From a virus (lineage: Duplodnaviria > Heunggongvirae > Uroviricota > Caudoviricetes), in the IMG/VR virus record IMGVR_UViG_2939167301_000003: DNA of 37,655 nucleotides. One strand, 5' to 3'. Each line of letters starts with the position of its first letter. Position 1 is the first letter of the stretch. A model generated the notes under the pieces. That model saw only the letters and a program-made list of their open reading frames with translations, searched no databases and was not told the DNA's origin. Made by a program: the position numbers and the translations under genes. Shown here in pieces: positions 28,492 to 37,655 of this stretch.

Positions 28492-29160
28492 ATAACACAT
28501 CCCCGTCAATACGGTTCTTGCTGCACGCTTACCAACAAATGACCAGAACACGGAATTGCAGCGTAACGCGCTGGAGTGCGCAGGATGTGAGCTGATTTTT
28601 GAGGATAAAATCAGCGGCACGAAGTCCGACAGGCCGGGGCTGAAAAAACTGCTCAGAACATTATCGGAAGGTGACACTCTGGTAGTCTGGAAGCTGGACC
28701 GGCTGGGGCGTAGTATGCGGCATCTGGTCATTCTGGTTGAGGAGCTGCGCGAACGCGGCATTAATTTTCGCAGCCTGACGGATGCCATTGATACCAGCAC
28801 GCCGATGGGGCGTTTTTTCTTTCATGTGATGGGTGCCCTGGCTGAAATGGAGCGAGAACTCATTGTCGAGCGGACACGCGCCGGACTGGAGGCGGCCAGA
28901 GCCAAAGGTCGTATTGGTGGCAGACGTCCGAAACTCACCGCGAGTGAGTGGGAGCAGGCCGGGCGGTTGCTGGCTGCAGGGGAATCACGTCAACGCGTGG
29001 CACTGATTTTTGATATTGGCCTGTCCACGCTCTATAAAAAATTCCCCGCCTCAGTGACAAAAAATAAATTGTGTCATCCCTTAGCCAACCGGGACAAATA
29101 GCCTGACATCTCCGGCACAACTAAAAATATCACTCACCCATTAACCACGGAGTTAAACGG

Positions 29161-30351
29161 ATGAGTGACTATCATCACGGCGTGCAGGTGCTGGAGATTA
29201 ACGACGGCACCCGCGTCATTTCCACCGTATCCACTGCCATTGTCGGCATGGTCTGCACGGCCAGCGATGCGGATGCGGAAACCTTCCCCCTCAATAAACC
29301 GGTGCTGATTACCAATGTGCAGAGCGCAATTGCAAAGGCTGGTAAAAAAGGCACGCTGGCGGCGTCGTTACAGGCCATCGCCGACCAGTCAAAACCGGTC
29401 ACCGTTGTCGTGCGTGTGGAAGACGGCACCGGTGACGACGAGGAAACGAAACTCGCGCAGACCGTTTCCAATATCATCGGCACCACCGACGAAAACGGTC
29501 AGTACACCGGACTGAAAGCCCTGCTGGCGGCGGAGTCGGTAACCGGTGTTAAGCCGCGCATTCTCGGTGTGCCGGGACTGGACACCAAAGAGGTTGCCGT
29601 CGCACTGGCATCAGTCTGTCAGAAGCTGCGCGCTTTCGGGTATATCAGCGCATGGGGCTGTAAAACCATTTCCGAGGTGAAAGCCTACCGCCAGAATTTC
29701 AGCCAGCGTGAGCTGATGGTCATCTGGCCGGATTTCCTCGCATGGGATACGGTCACCAGTACCACCGCCACCGCGTATGCCACCGCCCGTGCGCTGGGTC
29801 TGCGCGCTAAAATCGACCAGGAGCAGGGCTGGCATAAAACACTGTCCAACGTTGGGGTGAACGGTGTTACCGGCATCAGCGCATCTGTATTCTGGGATTT
29901 GCAGGAGTCCGGCACCGATGCTGACCTGCTGAATGAGTCAGGCGTCACAACGCTGATTCGCCGTGACGGTTTCCGCTTCTGGGGTAACCGTACCTGCTCT
30001 GATGACCCGCTGTTCCTCTTTGAAAACTACACCCGCACCGCGCAGGTGCTGGCCGACACGATGGCTGAGGCGCACATGTGGGCGGTGGACAAGCCCATCA
30101 CCGCAACGCTGATTCGCGACATCGTTGATGGCATCAATGCCAAATTCCGAGAGCTGAAAACAAACGGCTATATCGTGGATGGCACATGCTGGTTCAGCGA
30201 AGAATCCAACGATGCGGAAACCCTCAAGGCCGGAAAACTGTATATCGACTACGACTATACACCGGTGCCTCCTCTCGAAAACCTGACCCTGCGCCAGCGT
30301 ATTACCGATAAATACCTGGCAAATCTGGTCACCTCGGTTAACAGCAATTAA
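29161..30351 (+). CDS. FI: Tail sheath protein FI
   Basis: 396 aa, the exact size of P2 gpFI. Confidence 0.92.
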   Translation: MSDYHHGVQVLEINDGTRVISTVSTAIVGMVCTASDADAETFPLNKPVLITNVQSAIAKAGKKGTLAASLQAIADQSKPVTVVVRVEDGTGDDEETKLAQTVSNIIGTTDENGQYTGLKALLAAESVTGVKPRILGVPGLDTKEVAVALASVCQKLRAFGYISAWGCKTISEVKAYRQNFSQRELMVIWPDFLAWDTVTSTTATAYATARALGLRAKIDQEQGWHKTLSNVGVNGVTGISASVFWDLQESGTDADLLNESGVTTLIRRDGFRFWGNRTCSDDPLFLFENYTRTAQVLADTMAEAHMWAVDKPITATLIRDIVDGINAKFRELKTNGYIVDGTCWFSEESNDAETLKAGKLYIDYDYTPVPPLENLTLRQRITDKYLANLVTSVNSN

Positions 30352-30363
30352 GGAGCCTGACCG

Positions 30364-30882
30364 ATGGCAATGCCGCGCAAACTCAAGTTAATGAACGTCT
30401 TTCTGAACGGCTACAGCTATCAGGGCGTTGCAAAGTCCGTCACGCTGCCAAAACTGACCCGTAAGCTCGAAAACTATCGCGGTGCGGGAATGAACGGCAG
30501 CGCACCGGTAGACCTCGGCCTTGATGACGATGCGCTGTCAATGGAGTGGTCGCTCGGGGGCTTCCCGGATTCGGTTATCTGGGAGCTTTACGCCGCAACC
30601 GGTGTGGATGCTGTGCCGATTCGTTTTGCAGGCTCTTACCAGCGTGACGATACCGGCGAAACGGTGGCCGTCGAGGTGGTCATGCGTGGACGTCAGAAAG
30701 AAATCGACACCGGCGAGGGTAAACAGGGAGAAGACACTGAGTCGAAAATCTCCGTGGTCTGCACCTATTTCCGGCTGACGATGGACGGTAAGGAGCTGGT
30801 CGAAATCGACACCATCAACATGATTGAGAAGGTGAACGGCGTCGACCGGCTGGAGCAACACCGCCGCAATATCGGCCTGTGA
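30364..30882 (+). CDS. FII: Tail tube protein FII
   Basis: 172 aa, the exact size of P2 gpFII. Confidence 0.92.
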   Translation: MAMPRKLKLMNVFLNGYSYQGVAKSVTLPKLTRKLENYRGAGMNGSAPVDLGLDDDALSMEWSLGGFPDSVIWELYAATGVDAVPIRFAGSYQRDDTGETVAVEVVMRGRQKEIDTGEGKQGEDTESKISVVCTYFRLTMDGKELVEIDTINMIEKVNGVDRLEQHRRNIGL

Positions 30883-30938
30883 TTTTCATCCGGTCAGCCT
30901 GGCTGACCGGTTAACCCCGATTCATAAGTGAGAAAACC

Positions 30939-31214
30939 ATGAACAAAGAAAATGTGATTACCCTGGACAATCCGGTCAAACGTGGTGAGCAGGTTATCGA
31001 ACAGGTCACGCTGATGAAACCCAGTGCCGGGACGCTGCGCGGTGTCAGTCTGGCAGCGGTCGCAAACTCCGAAGTCGATGCACTGATTAAGGTGTTGCCG
31101 CGCATGACGGCACCGATGCTGACCGAGCAGGAAGTCGCCGCACTGGAACTGCCTGACCTTGTGGCGCTGGCCGGTAAGGTGGTCGGTTTTTTGTCGCCGA
31201 ACTCGGTGCAGTGA
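30939..31214 (+). CDS. E: Tail assembly chaperone E
   Basis: 91 aa, the size of P2 gpE, preceding the tape-measure gene. Confidence 0.88.
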   Translation: MNKENVITLDNPVKRGEQVIEQVTLMKPSAGTLRGVSLAAVANSEVDALIKVLPRMTAPMLTEQEVAALELPDLVALAGKVVGFLSPNSVQ

Positions 31215-31366
31215 CGTTTCCGAAAAATCTCTCGGTCGATGACCTGATGGCGGATGTGGCAGTGATATTTCACTGGCCGCCATCAGAACTGTATCCCATG
31301 AGCCTGACCGAACTCATCACATGGCGCGAAAAGGCGCTCCGGCGAAGCGGAAACACGAATGAGTAA
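31187..31366 (+). CDS. E' extension reached by programmed -1 ribosomal frameshift (E+E' fusion, about 142 aa total)
   Basis: Slippery heptamer T-TTT-TTG at 31187-31193 near the end of E. The -1 frame stays open to TAA at 31364-31366 and encodes ...FHWPPSELYPMSLTELITWREKALRRSGNTNE. Confidence 0.8.
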   Translation, partial: FFVAELGAVTFPKNLSVDDLMADVAVIFHWPPSELYPMSLTELITWREKALRRSGNTNE

Positions 31367-33806
31367 CAATGTAAAATTACAGGTATTGCTCAGGGCTGTT
31401 GACCAGGCATCCCGTCCGTTTAAATCCATCCGCACAGCGAGCAAATCGCTGTCGGGGGATATCCGGGAAACACAAAAATCACTGCGCGAGCTGAACGGTC
31501 AGGCATCCCGTATTGAGGGATTTCGCAAGACCAGTGCACAGCTCGCCGTGACTGGTCATGCACTTGAAAAGGCACGGCAGGAGGCCGAAGCCCTTGCCAC
31601 ACAGTTTAAAAACACCGAACGTCCGACACGTGCTCAGGCGAAAGTGCTGGAATCCGCGAAGCGTGCGGCGGAGGACTTACAGGCGAAATATAACCGCCTG
31701 ACGGATTCCGTTAAACGCCAGCAGCGGGAACTGGCCGCTGTGGGAATTAATACCCGCAATCTTGCACATGATGAGCAGGGACTGAAAAACCGTATCAGTG
31801 AAACCACCGCACAGCTTAACCGTCAGCGTGATGCGCTGGCGCGTGTCAGTGCGCAACAGGCAAAACTTAACGCAGTCAAACAGCGTTATCAGGCCGGAAA
31901 GGAACTGGCCGGAAATATAGCCTCAGTGGGCGCTGCCGGTGTGGGGATTGCGGCGGCGGGAACGATGGCCGGAGTTAAGCTGCTGATGCCCGGTTATGAG
32001 TTTGAGCAGAAAAACTCAGAATTGCAGGCCGTGCTCGGAGTGGCAAAAGACTCCGCCGAAATGACCGCACTCCGCAAGCAGGCGCGCCAGCTTGGCGACA
32101 ACACCGCCGCCTCGGCGGATGATGCAGCCGGTGCGCAGATTATCATTGCGAAAGCCGGCGGGGATGTTGATGCCATTCAGGCGGCAACGCCGGTCACGCT
32201 GAATATGGCGCTGGCGAACCGTCGCACGATGGAAGAAAACGCCGCCCTGTTGATGGGGATGAAATCCGCCTTTCAGCTTTCAAACGATAAGGTCGCTCAT
32301 ATCGGGGATGTTCTCTCCATGACGATGAACAAAACCGCCGCCGATTTTGACGGCATGAGCGATGCGCTGACCTATGCCGCACCTGTGGCAAAAAATGCCG
32401 GTGTCAGCATTGAAGAAACCGCCGCAATGGTCGGGGCACTGCATGATGCAAAAATTACCGGTTCAATGGCGGGGACGGGAAGCCGTGCCGTGTTAAGCCG
32501 CCTGCAGGCACCGACGGGAAAAGCATGGGATGCACTGAAAGAGCTTGGTGTGAAAACCTCAGACAGCAAGGGAAACACCCGACCAGTATTTACCATTCTG
32601 AAAGAAATGCAGGCCAGTTTTGAGAAAAACCGGCTCGGTACTGCCCAGCAGGCTGAATACATGAAAACTATTTTCGGGGAGGAGGCCAGCTCAGCCGCCG
32701 CCGTGCTGATGACTGCCGCCTCAACCGGAAAGCTGGACAAACTGACCGCTGCGTTTAAAGCCTCAGACGGGAAGACCGCCGAGCTGGTAAATATCATGCA
32801 GGACAACCTCGGCGGTGACTTTAAGGAGTTTCAGTCTGCTTATGAGGCGGTGGGGACTGACCTGTTTGACCAGCAGGAAGGCGCACTGCGTAATCTCACG
32901 CAGACGGCCACAAAGTATGTGTTAAAACTCGACGGCTGGATCAAGAAAAACAAATCACTGGCGTCAACCATCGGCCTCATTGTCGGTGGCGCACTGGCGC
33001 TTACTGGCATCATCGGTGCCATTGGTCTTGTCGCCTGGCCGGTTATCACCGGCATCAATGCCATCATCGCGGCAGCAGGCGCAATGGGGGCAGTCTTCAC
33101 GACGGTTGGCAGTGCTGTTATGACCGCCATCGGGGCTATTAGCTGGCCGGTTGTGGCCGTGGTGGCCGCAATTGTCGCCGGGGCGTTGCTTATCCGTAAA
33201 TACTGGGAGCCTGTCAGCGCATTCTTTGGCGGTGTGGTTGAAGGGCTGAAAGTGGCATTTGCGCCGGTGGGGGAACTGTTCACGCCACTTAAGCCGGTGT
33301 TTGACTGGCTGGGTGAAAAGTTACAGGCCGCGTGGCAGTGGTTTAAAAACCTGATTGCCCCGGTCAAAGCCACTCAGGACACCCTGAACCGTTGCCGTGA
33401 CACGGGGGTCATGTTCGGGCAGGCACTGGCTGACGCGCTGATGCTGCCGCTTAATGCGTTCAACAAACTGCGCAGTGGTATTGACTGGGTACTGGAAAAA
33501 CTCGGTGTTATCAACAAAGAGTCAGACACACTTGACCAGACCGCCGCCAGAACTCAAGCCGCCACGTATGGCCGCGGTGGTTATATTCCGGCGACCAGCT
33601 CTTATGCAGGTTATCAGGCTTATCAGCCGGTCACGGCACCGGCTGGCCGCTCTTATGTAGACCAGAGTAAAAACGAATATCACATCAGCCTGACGGGTGG
33701 TACTGCGCCGGGGACACAGCTCGACCGCCAGTTACAGGATGCGCTCGAAAAATACGAGCGGGATAAACGTGCGCGCGCCCGTGCCAGCATGATGCATGAC
33801 GGTTAA
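31359..33806 (+). CDS. T: Tail tape-measure protein T
   Basis: 815 aa, the exact size of P2 gpT; coiled-coil N-terminus and Gly/Ala-rich hydrophobic segment. Confidence 0.92.
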   Translation: MSNNVKLQVLLRAVDQASRPFKSIRTASKSLSGDIRETQKSLRELNGQASRIEGFRKTSAQLAVTGHALEKARQEAEALATQFKNTERPTRAQAKVLESAKRAAEDLQAKYNRLTDSVKRQQRELAAVGINTRNLAHDEQGLKNRISETTAQLNRQRDALARVSAQQAKLNAVKQRYQAGKELAGNIASVGAAGVGIAAAGTMAGVKLLMPGYEFEQKNSELQAVLGVAKDSAEMTALRKQARQLGDNTAASADDAAGAQIIIAKAGGDVDAIQAATPVTLNMALANRRTMEENAALLMGMKSAFQLSNDKVAHIGDVLSMTMNKTAADFDGMSDALTYAAPVAKNAGVSIEETAAMVGALHDAKITGSMAGTGSRAVLSRLQAPTGKAWDALKELGVKTSDSKGNTRPVFTILKEMQASFEKNRLGTAQQAEYMKTIFGEEASSAAAVLMTAASTGKLDKLTAAFKASDGKTAELVNIMQDNLGGDFKEFQSAYEAVGTDLFDQQEGALRNLTQTATKYVLKLDGWIKKNKSLASTIGLIVGGALALTGIIGAIGLVAWPVITGINAIIAAAGAMGAVFTTVGSAVMTAIGAISWPVVAVVAAIVAGALLIRKYWEPVSAFFGGVVEGLKVAFAPVGELFTPLKPVFDWLGEKLQAAWQWFKNLIAPVKATQDTLNRCRDTGVMFGQALADALMLPLNAFNKLRSGIDWVLEKLGVINKESDTLDQTAARTQAATYGRGGYIPATSSYAGYQAYQPVTAPAGRSYVDQSKNEYHISLTGGTAPGTQLDRQLQDALEKYERDKRARARASMMHDG

Positions 33807-33820
33807 GGAGGTGACGAAAA

Positions 33821-34300
33821 ATGATGCTCGCGTTAGGTATGTTTGTTTTTATGCGCCAGACGCTGCCACACCAGACCATGCAGCGTGAATCAGATTATCG
33901 CTGGCCGTCAAATTCCCGTATCGGTAAACGGGACGCTTTTCAGTTTCTCGGTGTGGGTGAGGAAAACATCACGCTTGCCGGTGTGCTTTATCCCGAACTG
34001 ACCGGCGGCAAGCTGACGATGACCACGCTCAGGCTGATGGCAGAGGAGGGGCGGGCGTGGCCGTTGCTGGATGGCACCGGCATGATTTACGGCATGTATG
34101 TCATCAGCAAGGTGAGTGAAACAGGGAGTATTTTCTTTGCAGACGGCACACCCCGGAAAATTGATTTTACGCTGTCGCTCACCCGCGTTGATGAATCACT
34201 GGCCGCGCTTTATGGCGATATCGGTAAACAGGCGGAATCGCTCATCGGTAAGGCTGGCAGTATGGCGACTAAATTCACGGGTATGACGGGGGCGGGATAA
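33821..34300 (+). CDS. U: Tail protein U
   Basis: 159 aa, the size of P2 gpU. Confidence 0.88.
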   Translation: MMLALGMFVFMRQTLPHQTMQRESDYRWPSNSRIGKRDAFQFLGVGEENITLAGVLYPELTGGKLTMTTLRLMAEEGRAWPLLDGTGMIYGMYVISKVSETGSIFFADGTPRKIDFTLSLTRVDESLAALYGDIGKQAESLIGKAGSMATKFTGMTGAG

Positions 34301-35463
34301 TGCTGGATGCACTGACATTTGATGCAGGCAGTACGCTGACGCCGGATTACATGCTGATGCTCGACAGCAGGGATATTACCGGCAATATCAGCGACCGTCT
34401 GATGAGCATGACCCTGACGGATAACCGGGGCTTTGAGGCTGACCAGCTTGATATTGAACTGAACGATGCCGACGGGCAGGTCGGACTACCGATTCGTGGC
34501 GCTGTCCTGACGGTGTATATCGGCTGGAAAGGTTTTGCCCTGGTATGCAAAGGGAAATTTACCGTTGATGAGGTTGAACACCGGGGCGCACCGGATGTGG
34601 TCACCATCCGCGCCCGGAGTGCAGATTTTCGCGGGACGCTCAATTCCCGCCGTGAAGGCTCATGGCATGACACCACGCTCGGTGCGATTGTTGAGGCGAT
34701 AGCCTCCCGTAACAGGCTGGAAGCCAGTGTCGCTCCGTCACTGGCCGGAATTAAAATCCCGCACATCGACCAGTCGCAGGAGTCTGATGCGAAATTTCTG
34801 ACCCGTCTTGCAGAACGCAACGGCGGTGAGGTGTCGGTAAAAATGGGAAAACTGCTGTTTCTCAAAGCGGGGCAGGGGGTGACGGCCAGCGGTAAAAAAA
34901 TCCCGCAGGTCACCATCACCCGCAGCGACGGTGACCGCCATCATTTTGCGATTGCTGACCGTGGAGCCTACACCGGCGTAACGGCAAAGTGGTTACACAC
35001 CAAAGACCCGAAGCCGCAAAAGCAGAAGGTAAAACTGAAACGCAAAAAGAAAGAGAAACACCTGCGCGCACTGGAGCACCCGAAAGCGAAACCGGTCACG
35101 CAGAAGAAAGCGCCAAAAGTACCGGAAGCGCGCGAAGGTGAATACATGGCAGGTGAGGCTGACAATGTTTTTGCCCTGACTACGGTATATGCCACGAAAG
35201 CGCAGGCCATGCGCGCCGCTCAGGCGAAGTGGGATAAACTGCAACGGGGCGTTGCGGAGTTCTCCATCAGCCTGGCTACCGGTCGGGCTGATATTTACAC
35301 GGAAACACCGGTTAAAGTGTCAGGCTTTAAGCGCGTCATAGACGAGCAGGACTGGACAATCACTAAGGTGACACATTTTCTGAATAATAGCGGCTTCACG
35401 ACGTCCTTAGAGCTTGAGGTCAGGCTTTCTGATGTGGAGTACGAAACAGAAGATGATGAGTGA
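34300..35463 (+). CDS. D: Tail protein D (late control / tail assembly)
   Basis: 387 aa, the exact size of P2 gpD. Confidence 0.9.
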   Translation: MLDALTFDAGSTLTPDYMLMLDSRDITGNISDRLMSMTLTDNRGFEADQLDIELNDADGQVGLPIRGAVLTVYIGWKGFALVCKGKFTVDEVEHRGAPDVVTIRARSADFRGTLNSRREGSWHDTTLGAIVEAIASRNRLEASVAPSLAGIKIPHIDQSQESDAKFLTRLAERNGGEVSVKMGKLLFLKAGQGVTASGKKIPQVTITRSDGDRHHFAIADRGAYTGVTAKWLHTKDPKPQKQKVKLKRKKKEKHLRALEHPKAKPVTQKKAPKVPEAREGEYMAGEADNVFALTTVYATKAQAMRAAQAKWDKLQRGVAEFSISLATGRADIYTETPVKVSGFKRVIDEQDWTITKVTHFLNNSGFTTSLELEVRLSDVEYETEDDE

Positions 35464-35544
35464 TGTTTTTATTTTATCTGTTTGTTTTATAAGGATAAAT
35501 TAACTAAAATGGCACCATCAACAAAACCGGAAGAGGTGCTCGCG

Positions 35545-35763
35545 ATGTTTCATTGTCCTTTATGCCAGCATGCCGCACATGCGCGTACAAGTCGCTATAT
35601 TACTGACACGACAAAAGAGCGTTATCACCAGTGTCAGAACGTGAATTGCAGCGCCACGTTCATCACTTATGAGTCGGTACAGCGATACATCGTGAAACCG
35701 GGAGAAGTCCACGCCGTAAGGCCGCACCCGTTGCCGTCAGGGCAGCAAATTATGTGGATGTAA
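35545..35763 (+). CDS. ogr: Ogr, zinc-finger activator of late transcription
   Basis: 72 aa from MFHCPLCQHAAHARTSRYITDT with a CxxC...CxxxxC zinc-binding motif, matching P2 Ogr as recalled. Confidence 0.92.
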   Translation: MFHCPLCQHAAHARTSRYITDTTKERYHQCQNVNCSATFITYESVQRYIVKPGEVHAVRPHPLPSGQQIMWM

Positions 35764-35774
35764 TTACAAACAGA

Positions 35775-35804
35775 AAGCCCCTCAGTCGAGGGGCTTTCTG
35801 TTTT
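35775..35804 (+). terminator. Rho-independent terminator after ogr
   Basis: Hairpin AAAGCCCCTC-agtc-GAGGGGCTTT followed by a T-rich run. Confidence 0.75.
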
Positions 35805-35903
35805 GGGGAATATTCTTCATTAAAAGTAGTGGATCACGTTTAATAAACTATGTTTATCATATACTTAAAAGTCAATCTTTAAAGTTGGACAGGTTGGTGG
35901 AAA

Positions 35904-36545
35904 ATGGAAAAAGTTATAATTGAGCTTGATAATCGTTGGGAGTTAGCTGATTTCGCGGTCTTAACGAAAGAGTATTTGCAGCTATATGGTTTTTTTTATG
36001 GCCTAAAAGGAGGATCAAGAGGATATTCAACAATGCCTTGGGAGGGTGGGCACAGTGTGGTGAACTTTTTTAGAGGGGCTTACAGTGCGACTCCACCAGA
36101 TTTACGTCCTGTAGTGAAAAAAATTCAGTATGCCTCTCCTGGCTTTATTGAATTGTCTGCTCTTATTGATATCTCTTGGCAGATTGCTGAGTTAGTTACT
36201 GCTGTTGGTGGAAGTATTCTGGCTGCCAACAAAGTTTACGATCAGGTGATGCGTACATATCGACAAAGAGAATGGGCAAAGTTGAAATCAGAGAAGCTGC
36301 GTATACAGAATCAAATTAAAGAGATTGAACTTGTTTCTGACGCAGTTAAATCACTTGAATCTGTGATGGCACTTAGTGAAGAACAACGTAAAAACTTGGT
36401 TCAACTATCGGGGGCAGATGAACTGGTTCAGTTAAAGATACTTTTGGCTGTTTACCGACGGTTATCTCCTCTTGTTGAGTTGCAAAACAGCGGGAAAGCT
36501 AATTTTTCTGCTGGGAAAAATAAAAATTTAAAAGCGTCCGATTAA
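35904..36545 (+). CDS. Hypothetical 213-aa protein, AT-rich orphan between ogr and fieF
   Basis: Intact ORF, visibly more AT-rich than neighbouring phage and host genes. Followed by a strong intrinsic terminator. No recognisable motif; the C-terminal half looks coiled-coil-like. Confidence 0.55.
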   Translation: MEKVIIELDNRWELADFAVLTKEYLQLYGFFYGLKGGSRGYSTMPWEGGHSVVNFFRGAYSATPPDLRPVVKKIQYASPGFIELSALIDISWQIAELVTAVGGSILAANKVYDQVMRTYRQREWAKLKSEKLRIQNQIKEIELVSDAVKSLESVMALSEEQRKNLVQLSGADELVQLKILLAVYRRLSPLVELQNSGKANFSAGKNKNLKASD

Positions 36546-36644
36546 ACGGACGCTGAACGATGTGGACGCTATGTGGACAGCGGTTGACATAAATCCATTT
36601 ATATCATCAGGTTAGGTGCTTTTTTGTGACACCATCCCTGTCTT

Positions 36645-36671
36645 CCCCCACATGCTGTGGGGGTTTTTTTT
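36645..36671 (+). terminator. Rho-independent terminator upstream of fieF
   Basis: Stem CCCCCACA/TGTGGGGG with a 3-nt loop, followed by T8. Confidence 0.8.
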
Positions 36672-36752
36672 ATCCTCAATTTGCCTGCTGCTTAATGCAT
36701 TGCAGATGATTTGCTTCCGTTATACTAGCGTCAGTTGATAGCGGGAGTATTT

Positions 36753-37655
36753 ATGAATCAATCTTATGGACGGCTGGTCAGTCGGGCGGCGATTGCTGCG
36801 ACGGCGATGGCTTCGCTGCTATTGCTGATTAAAATTTTTGCATGGTGGTATACCGGGTCGGTGAGTATTCTCGCCGCGCTGGTGGATTCGCTGGTGGATA
36901 TCGGCGCGTCGTTGACGAATTTATTGGTGGTGCGATATTCCCTGCAACCTGCCGACGATAATCACTCGTTTGGTCACGGTAAAGCTGAGTCCCTCGCGGC
37001 GCTGGCGCAAAGTATGTTTATCTCCGGTTCGGCACTATTCCTGTTTTTGACGGGTATTCAACATCTGATATCTCCAACACCGATGACAGATCCAGGCGTC
37101 GGGGTTATCGTGACAATTGTGGCGCTAATTTGTACGATTATCCTTGTCTCGTTTCAGCGTTGGGTGGTGCGGCGGACGCAAAGCCAGGCTGTGCGGGCTG
37201 ATATGCTACATTACCAGTCTGATGTTATGATGAACGGCGCAATTCTGCTGGCGCTGGGGTTGTCCTGGTACGGCTGGCATCGCGCCGATGCTCTGTTTGC
37301 ATTGGGAATCGGCATCTATATTTTATATAGCGCGTTACGCATGGGATATGAGGCGGTACAGTCATTACTGGATCGCGCATTGCCTGATGAGGAACGGCAA
37401 GAAATTATTGATATCGTGACTTCCTGGCCGGGTGTTAGCGGCGCTCACGATCTTCGCACGCGGCAGTCAGGGCCGACCCGCTTTATTCAGATTCATTTGG
37501 AAATGGAAGACTCTCTGCCTTTGGTTCAGGCACATATGGTGGCGGATCAGGTAGAGCAGGCTATTTTACGGCGTTTTCCGGGATCGGATGTAATTATCCA
37601 TCAGGACCCCTGTTCCGTCGTACCCAGGGAGGGTAAACGGTCTATGCTTTCATAA
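36753..37655 (+). CDS. fieF: Cation-efflux pump FieF (YiiP), cation diffusion facilitator family; host gene
   Basis: 300 aa from [36 protein letters not shown], recognised as enterobacterial FieF. Multi-pass membrane N-terminal domain and cytoplasmic C-terminal domain. Complete, with stop at 37653-37655. Confidence 0.9.

Larger units (their letters stand above)
26078..28532 (+). mobile_element. IS66-family insertion sequence (2455 bp, three-ORF type)
   Basis: Termini GTAAGCG...CGCTTAC. Flanked by a perfect 8-bp direct repeat CAACAAAT (26070-26077 and 28533-28540). Contains the three ORFs typical of IS66. Confidence 0.9.
26045..29101 (+). pseudogene. Serine DNA invertase (Hin/Gin/Cin/Pin family) interrupted by an IS66-family element after codon 11
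   Basis: N-terminal fragment MLIGYVRVSTN (26045-26077) carries the catalytic-serine motif. The reading frame resumes at 28541 (DQNTELQRNALECAGCELIFEDKISGT...) through a C-terminal HTH, ending at 29101. Confidence 0.88.

Noticed and set aside
28556-29101. Track ORF suggesting a free-standing 181-aa recombinase starting at an internal Met
   Set aside because: It is the C-terminal part of the IS-interrupted invertase and lacks the catalytic-serine N-terminus, which sits at 26045-26077, so it is unlikely to be an active enzyme.
35764-36752. Attempt to place attR by finding a P2 att core sequence
   Set aside because: No sequence I can confidently recognise as a P2 attachment core is present, and attL lies outside the window, so no direct-repeat comparison is possible. 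The boundary is left unassigned.

Overview
This window is an almost complete P2-family temperate myovirus prophage, about 35.8 kb, lying immediately upstream of the host cation-efflux gene fieF. Gene order and sizes match P2 closely: int, C, cox, B, orf80-83 and A on the left; cos; then Q, P, O, N, M, L, X, the lysis cassette, the baseplate and tail-fibre genes, FI, FII, E/E', T, U, D and ogr. All identifications are by reading the translated ORFs and recalling family signatures; no database search was possible. Three things depart from the P2 backbone. (1) The cargo position between A and cos, where P2 carries tin/old, holds a single AT-rich 827-aa gene that reads as an SF2 helicase fused to a C-terminal PD-(D/E)xK-like nuclease. 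This is the strongest candidate for a novel anti-phage system, and an IS21-family element sits about 15 bp upstream of its start codon. (2) The tail-fibre region is an invertible host-range switch flanked by 26-bp hix/gix-like sites, but its serine invertase gene is split by an IS66-family element with a perfect 8-bp target duplication. (3) A 213-aa AT-rich orphan ORF lies between ogr and fieF. attL is off the left edge and attR could not be located.
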